Positions 46,333 to 57,228 of a stretch of DNA of 64,000 nucleotides are shown in pieces. A model generated the notes under the pieces. The model worked only from the letters and a program-made list of their open reading frames with translations, had not been told where the DNA came from and did not search any database. Numbering within the stretch: position 1 is the first letter of the stretch; each line of letters opens with the position of its first letter. Source of the stretch: a virus; IMG/VR virus record IMGVR_UViG_3300020442_000009, positions 61,910 through 125,909 of that record; one strand, written 5' to 3'. The translations under genes were made by a program, and so were the position numbers.

Positions 46333-49300
46333 TTAAAAAGTCTCCATTCCAAAATCTTTAAAAGGAAAATAATTCAAACTGCTTCTCATATCTGCTTTAA
46401 ATAAATTATTTAAATATATTTTTTCATCATGCATGCTTGCAAGGCTAGTATTATTTCCACCTTTTGCATTCCATTCACTATGACTAAGAAAAACTTTTTC
46501 ATAATCATCTTCTGCTATCACAACATTATTCTCAGCTCCATGATGAAGATAAGGGTCTCTAGTTGCTTGACCATAAACTTTCACAAAAGGAATTTCAGGT
46601 GATCTTAATTTTGAGTTAATACTTTTTGATGTATCATGTTCAAATCCATCTCTGTCTACAAAAGGATTAAAACTATTTGCATAACCTTCAAACATTTTTG
46701 GCTGATAATCATTAAATTTTATTAATTTTCCATCTGTTTTTGTTGTATATAACATTCTCCACCTAACTCCAATTAAAAGATCTATAGGTTTTTTAAGTTC
46801 TGAATCTATTTCATTCCATAAATCTATTGGTATTTGACTATATGAATTTGTACTTTCTGCTGAATTTTGATATCCTTGAAAGTTTCCATCAGAATCATAC
46901 GTGTTCATATAGTTAGGGTCTGAATATGGATCTGAATATGTGTCATAATTATTATAAGAATAACTATCTGTATAATCTATTGGCATTGACGGATTTCCCA
47001 TCCAATCCATACTAGAATCATAATTAGAAGTAGAAGAATCTTGATAGCTTTCATTTTGAGCATTTCCAAGACGAGTTGGGCTAAATCGATCCTTGAAAAG
47101 CCAATGTATATCAGCAAAAGGAGTGGCATAATAATTTCCATTAGAATTTATTGTACTTCTAAAATCTAAAGGAGTCCCTAAACTAGCTCCTTGATTTTGA
47201 AATTTATTTAAATTAAACATATGAATGTTTGTAAATAAAGTTAAAAGAGGTATTGTTACTATTACAGGCTCTCTATAGATTATATTACCATCTTCACTTA
47301 GATAAACTTTAGGAGAAGAATCTAAATTTTCATAAGGGTTTACTGGAACTCCCCTGTAGAGATTTCTAACGGAAAAATTTCTTTGCATCTCACCATCATA
47401 CGAATTACCATTCATATAATTTTCTATAATTGAGTCTGAATTACCCCCATCAGCACTGCTCCTTTTAACATAACTATTGCTTACTAAATAATCAAACTCT
47501 TCTTGACTTGCTACTCTAGCAAAAGGAATATTAAGACCATCATAGTCTTTGAGGCCGGTATCCCTAGGTGATTTATATCTTATATATGATTCTTTGTGAT
47601 AATTATAGGAGCATAAGTAAAACATTACCTGCCTCATGTTCGCTATTATACTATTAGCACCTACATCATTAGGAACATAAGGCAGAACTCTGTCTTGGCT
47701 TGCTCCATATATTTGAAATTTATTTGAGTTGCTATTCATCCACTCTGTTAAATCCGAAGCAGCACTACTACTAATCCACAAGCTTGAGGCGGTGCCATTC
47801 CAATAAGTATTCCACGTTTGTAAAGCCTTTTCTAATTTAACTTCCTGTTCGTAAAATGCATTGTATACAGCAGAACCCACACCTTGTTTTTTAATCGCAT
47901 CTAAAACTAGGCTAGTTGACCCTTTGTCTTCAAAGAAATAAGACCTGCCTTTTTTTCTCATCTCTCCCTTAACCCTATAGTACTTAGATAAAATTGATCC
48001 GTTAATTTGATCGTTTTGAGTAATCTCTGAATTAGTTAATGATGCGGGTATTGATTTTAATTCATATTTTTCATTATTGTCAAATTCTATAGTTCCATAG
48101 TCGTACTTTATGCCGTCATCAACATTATACTCTTCATAAATAGGGGCATAATTTTTACCCCAAGAACCATCCTCCCAACTTATCATTTGATAATGTTCAT
48201 TATTTTTTTCAAAATCTTCACTATGAGCGAAATCTTCAAGAGATGGATTATATTTGTTTTGCAAACTTGAAACTTTTTCTCTCAATGATGTATTAATTGA
48301 GTTTTGTATAGATACGTAATTTTTAAAGATTTGACTTTCAGTTTGTTCTTCTGTAGGTATTCCAGCTATCAATGTAACCGTAAAATATTGAGACCTTCTC
48401 ATTGCCTCGTCTTTAAAGATAAAATTATACCAAGGAGTATATATATGATCATCCTCCAAATAATAAGGCGAATCAGGGTTAGCACTTATAGGAATTAATA
48501 TCTCGATAGTCTCTTCTTCTTTCTTGCTAAAAAAGTAATTATAAGAATTTTGATTGTCTTTTAATTTAAAATTGTTTTTATCTTGATTTAATTCTGCATG
48601 TCTTAAAACTTGAAGATTTACTAAATTATTATAAACTGTATCATTTTCATCTATTTGGTGTCCCGCACAAGAATTTATCCAATGTGCATACTTTCCAGAA
48701 TCATCATTACTAAAAGAGTAACCTAAGCCCTCTATGTTTTCTACATAACCCTTTCCGTTCGTGAAAGAATTTAATGCGTTTTTACATATTCTAATTCTAA
48801 TTAAAGGCTCCTGCAGTATTCTCCATAAATAAGGAATTTTAATTTTCCACCTAGTGAAATCTGATTCTCCCGCAGTTTCACTAGTCAAAGTAAACTCATT
48901 TTGAGGTTTTGCTTTTCTTAAAGGGTCTAAAGTTTGCTGAGAAAAGTTTGTATTAAAAATAGGATTATCTTCAACATTTGAAAAATTTAAATCTGATCCA
49001 TTATCAAAGAAAAATTTCTTTTTATATTTTGTTGAACCATCATATGTGCCATCCATCATGAAATTTAAAACATCATTCCTTAGTTGATATTCATAAATTA
49101 ATCCATCATCAATTTCATATTGAACAAGCAGCTTAAATTCTTCTTCTTGTTGTTTTCTTTTTACATTATCCCAATAACGAAGCGGTAAAAGTTTAAACAA
49201 CCCTTTTAAAGAAAGGCTTATATCACCAGTAGCACTTAAAAGATCAATTTTCTTTAAAGTATTTAATACAATGCCTTTGTTTACTTGATACAAAGATACA

Positions 49301-52300
49301 ACTAGTTTTTCTTCCCCAGCACCAGCCCAAGCCCCCACGCTGTACTCCATATCTAAAGTAATATCATCTGATTTAAAATTAATAACTGGAGATAAGAACA
49401 TAGTATTAAAACCAATAGAGGCCTTAATTTCCTTTTCTCCATAAACCAACTCTTCAAAAGCTCCAGATGTTTCGTCATCTTCATATCCAGAAGCTTGATA
49501 TATTTTTGTTGGATTATAAAAATCAATAGGTTCAATCTTGACATCAACACCCACAGGAATGGTTCTTCCGTCGCCCCCTCTTGATCTAGGACTATTATAT
49601 CCAGATTTTAGTGCTCCAATTTTAGTATTTCCTTGACCTAAAAATTCTGCCGACAACAATTCTTTTATTCTCGGTGTGTTGTTTACAAAATCAACTAATT
49701 CTGCAGTAGTAACTTGAGCACCCCAGATGTTTTCTGCACTTGCTATTATTATTTCAAGATTATCAACAGGCTGCCCATCTTCTATTGAGTCAGACCTAAG
49801 TCCAATAAAACAATTCTCCCCCGGACCGGAAGTACTTGGATAAGTAGAATAAAGTCTTTGCCATCCATTCCACTGTGCATGCGAACTAGAAGTTGCAGGG
49901 ATGTGATAAGCTACATATCTGGAATCTAATTTTACATATTCCCCTTTAGTTAATTCTATTTCACCCACAGCAACATCAGAAAGAGTTTTTTCAGAAAGGC
50001 CATTTTGATCAGGCCCAAGAGACAATCTTTTTGTAACAGTTGCACCATTTACCTCTTTTGTTTTATATGCAGTTCCTGTAGGAATTATAAAAATTTTAGC
50101 TCCTGCAACATGGCTTCCAAACTTTTCATATATAGAGGTAGTAAAAGTAATACTGGTATTTTCAGCTCTTCCGATTGTACCTATTTTCTCTTGTAACCTA
50201 GTAGCATTAGTTCCCCAAATTTCAAAACCGATATCATCAGCTATATATTTTTTATAAGTACCATTTTTTGTTTTTAATCCATTGTAAAACCAATTAGTTG
50301 TGACTCCATTTCTTGTTTCTGGAGTAGTTGGGGCCATTTGATGTATTTCATTTGTAAATTCAATAACATCACCCTGTCTTATTTTTATTTTTTTACTATG
50401 ATGTAAATTTTTAACTATCGGTTCGTTATCTATTGTATACCCCATTATTCGAGGGCGAGTCATGAGTCTTACATGTTTTCCCTTAATTGGATATTCAGGT
50501 AAACTTACATCAAAATTAGCGCTTCCCGCAACTACATTAAACATAGCTCCATCACCCGGCGGCGTAGCATAGCTTAAATTAAAATAGCTTCCCGCGTGTG
50601 CTTCAATATAATATTCACCAATATTACTAAGGGTAATACTTTGCTTCCAATTTCCTTGACCCGATCTCCAATTATTCATATTGCCATATCCGGGTATTGT
50701 GGCTACGGTTTGATAGTCGCCACTGAGCCCTAAGTATACAACATAATAAGTTCTAGTGCGATGACCATTTGTAATTGTAACAACACTGTTTTGAGCAACC
50801 TCTTTACCAAGGTTCGGCTGGCCATATACTTTTAACTTTTGTGAAGTAAAATTTATTCCACCTTTCCAACTACGTTGGATATTTAAATCAATGTTCTCGC
50901 CAAACCTTCTGTTGCCATATGGAGTATAATTGTAAAATATGAATTGACTCCAATTCACCGCTTTAAATTTTGATTTAAGACCCAATTTAGATAAAGCATT
51001 ACTATCTGAATAAAGTCCATAAGTTTTTGCATGCCAAGGGTTCTCTGCAAAGGCTCCAATAACTATTGGGTTTTGATATAAAGGATGGCCAGAAGTTTTG
51101 TGCTCTAAAGTAAGGTGCTTACTATTAATATCAAATTTTACAAGATAGTCATAATATGCCTTTATGTTGGAAGATTGATTATCCAGAAAATCCCAAAAAT
51201 AAACATCATTTTGTTTTGGTATTATTTGGTACTCAAAACCTTTATCTCCTCCATAGCCAGACTTTAAGGCAAAAACATAAAAAAGGGAATGCTCGAACCA
51301 ATAAGTTGAGCCTACTGGATGCCCTGCTCGATTAGCCCAAGGTCTGTTTGCATAAAATAATTGGTTACTATAAGATTCATTTATAATATGTTGGACTACA
51401 TCTGCTTCATGGTATCCCTGCAACGGAGTGTAACCCACTTCACTTAAAAAACTAGTTATTTCAGATGAGCTATTATTATATGGATCATCCGGGAGCATTG
51501 ACCCAGCTCTATAATTCTTAGTGCTTCTAAATCTTAACAGGTCAGCAAGATTATGATACAAAGACTGTGGTTCTAGCGGGTCAAAGTTAAAGTCACTAGA
51601 GTCTCCTCTGAATCCCTCAAGAATACTATCAAGTGGATCTTTTGCAGGACTGATTGAAAAACTTTTTTGTCCGAATTTTTCAGTAAACACAGAAGACTTA
51701 TTTGACTCCATATTCAAAAGAGCGAAATACCCAGCTCTATCATCAACATCTTGATCCATGTTAAATTCTTTAAATGTAATATTATAAGTCTCACTTTCAA
51801 GCTTTATGTTCTTCGAAAGAGGTGGCCAATAGTTTGGGTTTACTATATAACTTTTATTCCCTTGATCAAATGGCGCTTTAGCTGGAGCATATTTAAAAAT
51901 TAAATCATTATCATTACTAGTAAACGGTCCGTACGTATCAATAGTTGACTGAAACTTAAATACATTAGGTGTATACAGAGAGTTCCAGCCTACCCTTGGG
52001 AGATCATCTCTTGCTATATGTAAATTGATTTTTTTCTTAGGGTCAGCAATAAATCTCACAACTTCTTTATTTCCATTTACTTGATCTGTAAAAGTAATAT
52101 CTACTGATTTTTTTGAGGGCGGAGCAGGTTTATTGCTTTTAGCCAAACTGTAATAAAACTTTGAAGAAGAAGGGTCTCCAGCAGTCCTGAAAACCACAAG
52201 TCTACCCATTAATGAATATAGCTTTATTGGATTTTTTGTTGTATATCCATACAATATAGCGGGATTTTTTTTGTTATAAAGCTGCCATTGTTTAGCACTA

Positions 52301-53604
52301 GGTGACCACTTAAAAAAGTAATCACCTGAATCCATATTATATATATCTCCAGTAAAAGCTTTTGTGTATGATCCTATAAAATCTATTGGAGCACTTTTTA
52401 GTGGATTTTTTCTTATAAGAATATAATCATGTAATGGAAATTGATGATAAGTAGTAATGGTTGGCGTTACCGTTGGAGTTGGGGAATTAGTGGGAGTCTG
52501 TGTTGGTGGAGGAGTAGCCCCCGGACTCCTAGAAACAGATACTGTTGGAGTAATAGAAGGGGTTACTGAAATAGATGTAGAAATAGACGGTGTAACACTT
52601 GGACTAACACTACTGCTAGGAGTCGTGCTTGGTGTTGCTAAAGGAGTTTTACTTATGGAGGGAGTAACACTTGGGGTTGGCGATTGAGAGGTGGTTATGC
52701 TTGGTGTCGGGGTTGGAGTTACAAGAGTGAACCCTCCACCGCCCTGCTTAATTGGAATTGTAAGATCTAGGGTTTGTTGTGTAGTTACATAACCTCCCAC
52801 ACAACAAGTTGAATCGTCATTATCAAATGCCCCAACATATGCATTTCTGTAATCGTACAAAGAAAAGTTTTCACCAAAAATTTGTTTTCCTTCTTGTTCT
52901 ATTTCGTATACAGAAAAAACAGTTTTTTCATTACTTGGAAACAATAATTCTATATTTGTTTCATTTTGATTAAGATATTCATCTCTTGCATCCCCAGTAC
53001 TAATAACAAGTTTTAGAGTTGGATCTATATAATTTGTATCACCCGCTCCAGCAGGATTATTAGATGCTTTTACTCCAATAGTTCTTCTATCTGGGTAATC
53101 TGCAAAATTACCATCATCGTCTCTTAATTCAATTTGTAGACCTGTAGGCTTGTAATTAAATAATTTAATTGCTGCTGGATTACTTGGCCCCAAAAACAAA
53201 CCAGTGTTATAAAATCTATCCATGAAGTTTACCTGAGTAAATTTTCCCTCAGAGTCTAACATTTCTATGGGTAGCTCTACACTTGTTGCCGCTCCCATGC
53301 CAGAACTGGATAAGAACATCTCATGATCATTATTATTCCCTTTGAAAAATAGATAAATATTTGCAGACTCATCCATAGCGAGAACCCAATGCATTAAGAC
53401 GTAATTACTATTTGCTGCATTCTGGGAATCATCATTAATAAACACATAAGGCAAAAAGTCAGAACCTAGCCAACTTGGTTTAAAATATAAGTTATATAAA
53501 CCTAATGGACTTTCTGGAAGCAAAGACTTATTATTTCCATCACCTGAAGGAGTGAAGAGTTTCTCTGCTTCTAACAGAAAAATTTGGTTTTCTTTTAGCT
53601 TCAT
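46333..53604 (-). CDS. Very large putative virion/tail-associated protein (2423 aa) with an internal Thr/Ser-Pro tract
   Basis: Uninterrupted ORF; T/S/P tract at about 52450-52722; Asp/Tyr/Ser-rich segment near the C-terminus. Confidence 0.8.
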   Translation of the reverse strand: MKLKENQIFLLEAEKLFTPSGDGNNKSLLPESPLGLYNLYFKPSWLGSDFLPYVFINDDSQNAANSNYVLMHWVLAMDESANIYLFFKGNNNDHEMFLSSSGMGAATSVELPIEMLDSEGKFTQVNFMDRFYNTGLFLGPSNPAAIKLFNYKPTGLQIELRDDDGNFADYPDRRTIGVKASNNPAGAGDTNYIDPTLKLVISTGDARDEYLNQNETNIELLFPSNEKTVFSVYEIEQEGKQIFGENFSLYDYRNAYVGAFDNDDSTCCVGGYVTTQQTLDLTIPIKQGGGGFTLVTPTPTPSITTSQSPTPSVTPSISKTPLATPSTTPSSSVSPSVTPSISTSISVTPSITPTVSVSRSPGATPPPTQTPTNSPTPTVTPTITTYHQFPLHDYILIRKNPLKSAPIDFIGSYTKAFTGDIYNMDSGDYFFKWSPSAKQWQLYNKKNPAILYGYTTKNPIKLYSLMGRLVVFRTAGDPSSSKFYYSLAKSNKPAPPSKKSVDITFTDQVNGNKEVVRFIADPKKKINLHIARDDLPRVGWNSLYTPNVFKFQSTIDTYGPFTSNDNDLIFKYAPAKAPFDQGNKSYIVNPNYWPPLSKNIKLESETYNITFKEFNMDQDVDDRAGYFALLNMESNKSSVFTEKFGQKSFSISPAKDPLDSILEGFRGDSSDFNFDPLEPQSLYHNLADLLRFRSTKNYRAGSMLPDDPYNNSSSEITSFLSEVGYTPLQGYHEADVVQHIINESYSNQLFYANRPWANRAGHPVGSTYWFEHSLFYVFALKSGYGGDKGFEYQIIPKQNDVYFWDFLDNQSSNIKAYYDYLVKFDINSKHLTLEHKTSGHPLYQNPIVIGAFAENPWHAKTYGLYSDSNALSKLGLKSKFKAVNWSQFIFYNYTPYGNRRFGENIDLNIQRSWKGGINFTSQKLKVYGQPNLGKEVAQNSVVTITNGHRTRTYYVVYLGLSGDYQTVATIPGYGNMNNWRSGQGNWKQSITLSNIGEYYIEAHAGSYFNLSYATPPGDGAMFNVVAGSANFDVSLPEYPIKGKHVRLMTRPRIMGYTIDNEPIVKNLHHSKKIKIRQGDVIEFTNEIHQMAPTTPETRNGVTTNWFYNGLKTKNGTYKKYIADDIGFEIWGTNATRLQEKIGTIGRAENTSITFTTSIYEKFGSHVAGAKIFIIPTGTAYKTKEVNGATVTKRLSLGPDQNGLSEKTLSDVAVGEIELTKGEYVKLDSRYVAYHIPATSSSHAQWNGWQRLYSTYPSTSGPGENCFIGLRSDSIEDGQPVDNLEIIIASAENIWGAQVTTAELVDFVNNTPRIKELLSAEFLGQGNTKIGALKSGYNSPRSRGGDGRTIPVGVDVKIEPIDFYNPTKIYQASGYEDDETSGAFEELVYGEKEIKASIGFNTMFLSPVINFKSDDITLDMEYSVGAWAGAGEEKLVVSLYQVNKGIVLNTLKKIDLLSATGDISLSLKGLFKLLPLRYWDNVKRKQQEEEFKLLVQYEIDDGLIYEYQLRNDVLNFMMDGTYDGSTKYKKKFFFDNGSDLNFSNVEDNPIFNTNFSQQTLDPLRKAKPQNEFTLTSETAGESDFTRWKIKIPYLWRILQEPLIRIRICKNALNSFTNGKGYVENIEGLGYSFSNDDSGKYAHWINSCAGHQIDENDTVYNNLVNLQVLRHAELNQDKNNFKLKDNQNSYNYFFSKKEEETIEILIPISANPDSPYYLEDDHIYTPWYNFIFKDEAMRRSQYFTVTLIAGIPTEEQTESQIFKNYVSIQNSINTSLREKVSSLQNKYNPSLEDFAHSEDFEKNNEHYQMISWEDGSWGKNYAPIYEEYNVDDGIKYDYGTIEFDNNEKYELKSIPASLTNSEITQNDQINGSILSKYYRVKGEMRKKGRSYFFEDKGSTSLVLDAIKKQGVGSAVYNAFYEQEVKLEKALQTWNTYWNGTASSLWISSSAASDLTEWMNSNSNKFQIYGASQDRVLPYVPNDVGANSIIANMRQVMFYLCSYNYHKESYIRYKSPRDTGLKDYDGLNIPFARVASQEEFDYLVSNSYVKRSSADGGNSDSIIENYMNGNSYDGEMQRNFSVRNLYRGVPVNPYENLDSSPKVYLSEDGNIIYREPVIVTIPLLTLFTNIHMFNLNKFQNQGASLGTPLDFRSTINSNGNYYATPFADIHWLFKDRFSPTRLGNAQNESYQDSSTSNYDSSMDWMGNPSMPIDYTDSYSYNNYDTYSDPYSDPNYMNTYDSDGNFQGYQNSAESTNSYSQIPIDLWNEIDSELKKPIDLLIGVRWRMLYTTKTDGKLIKFNDYQPKMFEGYANSFNPFVDRDGFEHDTSKSINSKLRSPEIPFVKVYGQATRDPYLHHGAENNVVIAEDDYEKVFLSHSEWNAKGGNNTSLASMHDEKIYLNNLFKADMRSSLNYFPFKDFGMETF

Positions 53605-55571
53605 TATGTATCAAAAGGAATTTGAAATGTTATTGCTAATAATTGCTGAGCCTGAACAACTCCGGGGTCATCCGCTTGAGCATCAGCTAGTCCGGGTATA
53701 ACACTTGGATTATGCAAGGCATTTCCTGAGTCAATAAACAAATGACGTTCTTTTATTCTAGAATACTCCACTATTGTATCATCAAGTGTGAGTGGTTGAT
53801 GGTGATCCATGTCTAATAAAGGAGGCGATGGACTACCTCCCACATATCCATCAGCAGATACATAATACAAATCATAATTACCAGCACCATACCTAAATCC
53901 TGTAGCAAAAGGAACAAACCTAACTTGCTCAATTCCATTGTCATGTAGAGAAGAAGTTTGATACCACATATTGTAAGCTTCTTGACTACTAAACTCTAAA
54001 AAAGCAGTTCCATTTAAAAGCGAAGCTCCTTGGCTAACAAAGTGACCAGATTTATAATTCCACATTCTGATGGGATTATCAATATTAATCGGAAGGCTAT
54101 TGGTGATTTGTTTTCTATATTCTGTAATTAAATCTTCAGAAGGCAGGTCGTCAATCCTTCCAGCCCATCCACTAATTCCTGATAACTGACTGTCATTTCC
54201 ACTCGGATATATTTGAAAAACATAAACTCCACTACTAAATTCAGTTATGCCATTTGGATTTGAAGAGTCAAAAAGCTCTGAAAAATCAGTGCCATTTCCA
54301 GTAACATTACCAGTAAACATCATTGGCCTGTAAGTACCAACTCTGTATATTCCATCCATAAATTCAGAAGTTTGAAAGCATCCACTCTTACCTTCAACCC
54401 CATAGGTAGATTTAAAACTTTGCACATTAGTATCTGCACAATGAGGAGTTCTATTATAATTCAAACCATAGATACCTACATTGGCTGAAAATTCTTCAGA
54501 ACCAGATCCATCGGCATTTGCATCTAAACTATAAAAATCACTATTTTCATATGGAGGATAATAATCAAAGGCATAATCGTGAAGAGCTTTCCTGCCTTGA
54601 AATTTTGCATTGTTTTGAGCAAAGTAATGACCATGTCCTGTTACTGAATACAACTGAACATATGGATCTGAAGAGTTGCCTGTTAATAAATCTAAATTTA
54701 CTAGCTCTAAATCTTCTGGTTGAAATTTAATTGCAGGTTCATTAATATCATCAACAGACTTATCTGGCAAAAAGTATTTTTGAAAAGATAATCCTGTCCC
54801 AAATTCATATCTCACTATTTGTCCGGGGGTTCTTGGCACTCCTGTGCAATTCAAGTAAACCCAACTAGCTTCTCTTGATCCCCCAACTTCCATATATTTT
54901 GGAAAACTTTCTGAAACTTGACCCCTCAGTCTAAAATTAACATCATACTGACTGCAGGGCGTTTCACATAAAGATTTAAACTTAATTGTTTTTAGTGTGT
55001 TTTGATAAGATATAGCATTATCGTGCTGAGTAATATAATCCCAAGCTGGAACCTGACCCATTTCTCCCTGAGCTAAAGCATTAGACAGGTCTCTTCTCTC
55101 ATATATATCTTGACCTGATGCATAATTGAAATGAGCTATATAGGAAGAATCTGAATCAAAAGATGCATATATTCCTGACTGTAAATCTATTTTTCTATCA
55201 TAACATCTTATTGAAACAGGTTTGAAATTTATATTTGAATCTCCATCATTTAAAAATCCTGACTCAATAGCGATTTCTTGCCACCCAACACTGCTTGTTT
55301 GTATTTTAAAGCTTTTTTCTGCAAAAGAAAAGCTGTCAGCAGAAACATCATGCCTAATCCCACCCATGATAAACTCTATTGTTTTAGGGCAATTACAAGT
55401 ATTACAATCAAGGCAGCTGTCAAATCCTGTAACAAAATTCGTTATTTGTTTTCCCGCACTAACTACACCAGTATCAACCCTTCTATAACAATAGCCACTT
55501 ATTCTTATAAAATCATCATCGCCAGCCAACCCAGTTGGAATATATACGGCGTTTGGAAAATTATCAGACAT
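53604..55571 (-). CDS. Putative structural protein rich in Ser-Gly/Thr-Gly dipeptides
   Basis: 655 aa, CLDCNTCNC cluster, about 20 SG/TG dipeptides; GTGTA motif 17 nt upstream. Confidence 0.8.
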   Translation of the reverse strand: MSDNFPNAVYIPTGLAGDDDFIRISGYCYRRVDTGVVSAGKQITNFVTGFDSCLDCNTCNCPKTIEFIMGGIRHDVSADSFSFAEKSFKIQTSSVGWQEIAIESGFLNDGDSNINFKPVSIRCYDRKIDLQSGIYASFDSDSSYIAHFNYASGQDIYERRDLSNALAQGEMGQVPAWDYITQHDNAISYQNTLKTIKFKSLCETPCSQYDVNFRLRGQVSESFPKYMEVGGSREASWVYLNCTGVPRTPGQIVRYEFGTGLSFQKYFLPDKSVDDINEPAIKFQPEDLELVNLDLLTGNSSDPYVQLYSVTGHGHYFAQNNAKFQGRKALHDYAFDYYPPYENSDFYSLDANADGSGSEEFSANVGIYGLNYNRTPHCADTNVQSFKSTYGVEGKSGCFQTSEFMDGIYRVGTYRPMMFTGNVTGNGTDFSELFDSSNPNGITEFSSGVYVFQIYPSGNDSQLSGISGWAGRIDDLPSEDLITEYRKQITNSLPINIDNPIRMWNYKSGHFVSQGASLLNGTAFLEFSSQEAYNMWYQTSSLHDNGIEQVRFVPFATGFRYGAGNYDLYYVSADGYVGGSPSPPLLDMDHHQPLTLDDTIVEYSRIKERHLFIDSGNALHNPSVIPGLADAQADDPGVVQAQQLLAITFQIPFDT

Positions 55572-55588
55572 ATCAATTATTATTACAC
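55572..55588 (-). promoter_or_regulatory. GTGTA upstream motif
   Basis: GTGTAATAATAATTGAT-ATG. Confidence 0.7.
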
Positions 55589-55610
55589 TTTATTTATTAT
55601 AAAACCATTT

Positions 55611-57221
55611 TTAAAAAATACCAGTTTGAGTATATGTAAATGCTCCTCCAGTATAGGCTAATCCAGTAGAAGAGTAATTTGGACCCCAAGCGGCAGACGG
55701 TATCATTTGACTAAGTTGATTGCCCTTGCCTCCACCGAAATCTGAACATAGCTCATATTTATCAAATAATTCTTGCGGGCCTTCTAGATCAGTAATTAAA
55801 ACTTGATAAGGATTTTTGTATAAAATTCTAGATTTAACACAATTAAATGTATCTAAATCATATAATTCTACATTGAAAAATTCCGAAGGCTCCTCAATCG
55901 CATTGTATATTGTGCCTATATCTATAATTTTTTCGTTTTCTCCTACTGCAAAATTTAAGACTCCATGAGTTCCTGTATAATCAACCCCAGAAACCGCAGT
56001 AGATGGAGTATCAAAAGTTCTGTATTTAACGGAAAATGCTCCGGTGTAATGACTATTATGGCAACACGGCTCTCTATAAACTCTTACTCCAGTAGTTTGA
56101 CCTTCTACAACATAAGTAGAGTAGTATTGAAATCTAATGTTTAAGTATTTTTCTGCACAGGTTGGAGTTGGAGTAAGAGTGACAGTCGGAGTTGTTGTTT
56201 TTGTTGGAGTAATTGTAGCTGTTGGGGTAGCTGTTGCTACAGGTGTTTGAGTTGCCGTTGGAGTAATAGTAGAGGTTGGTGTAACCGTTGGTGTTGGAGT
56301 TACTGATATTGTAGGTGTAGAGGTTATTGATATAGTCGGTGTTGGGGTTACTGATATGGTAGCAGTAGGAGTTACTGATATAGTAGCTGTAGGAGTAACC
56401 GATATGGTAGATGTAGGAGTAACTGATATGGTAGCCGTAGGAGTAACAGATATGGTTGGTGTTGGAGTTACCGATATAGTAGCTGTTGGAGTTACTGATA
56501 TAGTTGGCGTTGGAGTGATCGATATTGTGGGTGTGGGAGTAACTGATATGGTAGCTGTAGGAGTAACCGATATTGTGGGTGTCGGGGTGATCGATATAGT
56601 TGGCGTTGGAGTGATCGATATTGTGGGTGTGGGAGTAACTGATATGGTAGCTGTAGGAGTAACCGATATTGTGGGTGTCGGGGTGATCGATATAGTTGGT
56701 GTTGGAGTGATCGATATTGTGGGTGTGGGAGTAGCCGTAGGAGTAATGGTTGAGGTTGGAGTAGGCGTTGTTGTCTCAGTAGGAGTTTGAGTGGGTGTCC
56801 TTGTTGGAGTTCGTGTTAAGGTTGGAGTAGTGGTTTGAGTTGGAGTTACAGAAGGAGTGGGAGTAACCGTCCTTGTTGGAGTCACACTTGCTACTATGTT
56901 TTTAACCAAACCGCATTTAGATTGTCTTTTTGATTCTAAATTTTCTATCAGTATTGCTGCATCATAAGATCCAAAAGCCGCATATTGATGCATATGGTCT
57001 AGCGAATATCCAGAGCCTGCAGTCCACTTTAATACACCGCTACGCTCATATGTTCCATCACCCCAGTCAATATGGTATTGTAAATTTTTAGGTATTCTAT
57101 CTTTATCACTTACATCAATATTGAAATAAGAAAGACCATAGGAATATAGATCTGGAAATTTCTCGCAACAACCAGTTTCGATTGGGCTTGGAGTTGGTTT
57201 TGGTGGACCTATATAAACCAT
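55611..57221 (-). CDS. PKD-like domain + mucin-like repeat + Calx-beta domain protein
   Basis: IDWGDGT..HQYAAFGSY (PKD-like); TPT(P/A)TIS(I/V) repeats; VKYRT..TAVSGVDY..GVLNFAVGENEKII..EFFNVEL (Calx-beta). Confidence 0.85.
   Translation of the reverse strand: MVYIGPPKPTPSPIETGCCEKFPDLYSYGLSYFNIDVSDKDRIPKNLQYHIDWGDGTYERSGVLKWTAGSGYSLDHMHQYAAFGSYDAAILIENLESKRQSKCGLVKNIVASVTPTRTVTPTPSVTPTQTTTPTLTRTPTRTPTQTPTETTTPTPTSTITPTATPTPTISITPTPTISITPTPTISVTPTATISVTPTPTISITPTPTISITPTPTISVTPTATISVTPTPTISITPTPTISVTPTATISVTPTPTISVTPTATISVTPTSTISVTPTATISVTPTATISVTPTPTISITSTPTISVTPTPTVTPTSTITPTATQTPVATATPTATITPTKTTTPTVTLTPTPTCAEKYLNIRFQYYSTYVVEGQTTGVRVYREPCCHNSHYTGAFSVKYRTFDTPSTAVSGVDYTGTHGVLNFAVGENEKIIDIGTIYNAIEEPSEFFNVELYDLDTFNCVKSRILYKNPYQVLITDLEGPQELFDKYELCSDFGGGKGNQLSQMIPSAAWGPNYSSTGLAYTGGAFTYTQTGIF
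56281..56740 (-). repeat. Coding tandem repeat, 24-nt unit (TPTxTISV), containing an exact 96-nt duplication
   Basis: 56497-56592 is repeated at 56593-56688 with a partial third copy. Confidence 0.9.
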
Positions 57222-57228
57222 ATCTTTT

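Noticed and set aside
56281-56740. Regular 24-nt repeats resembling a CRISPR array
   Set aside because: No unique spacers, variation falls at synonymous positions, and the repeats are in frame within a CDS; no cas genes seen.
56356-56790. Plus-strand ORFs rich in VGV/VTD (also 52457-52687, 57692-58384, 59461-59853)
   Set aside because: Antisense shadows of the Thr-Pro repeats, which are stop-free on the opposite strand.
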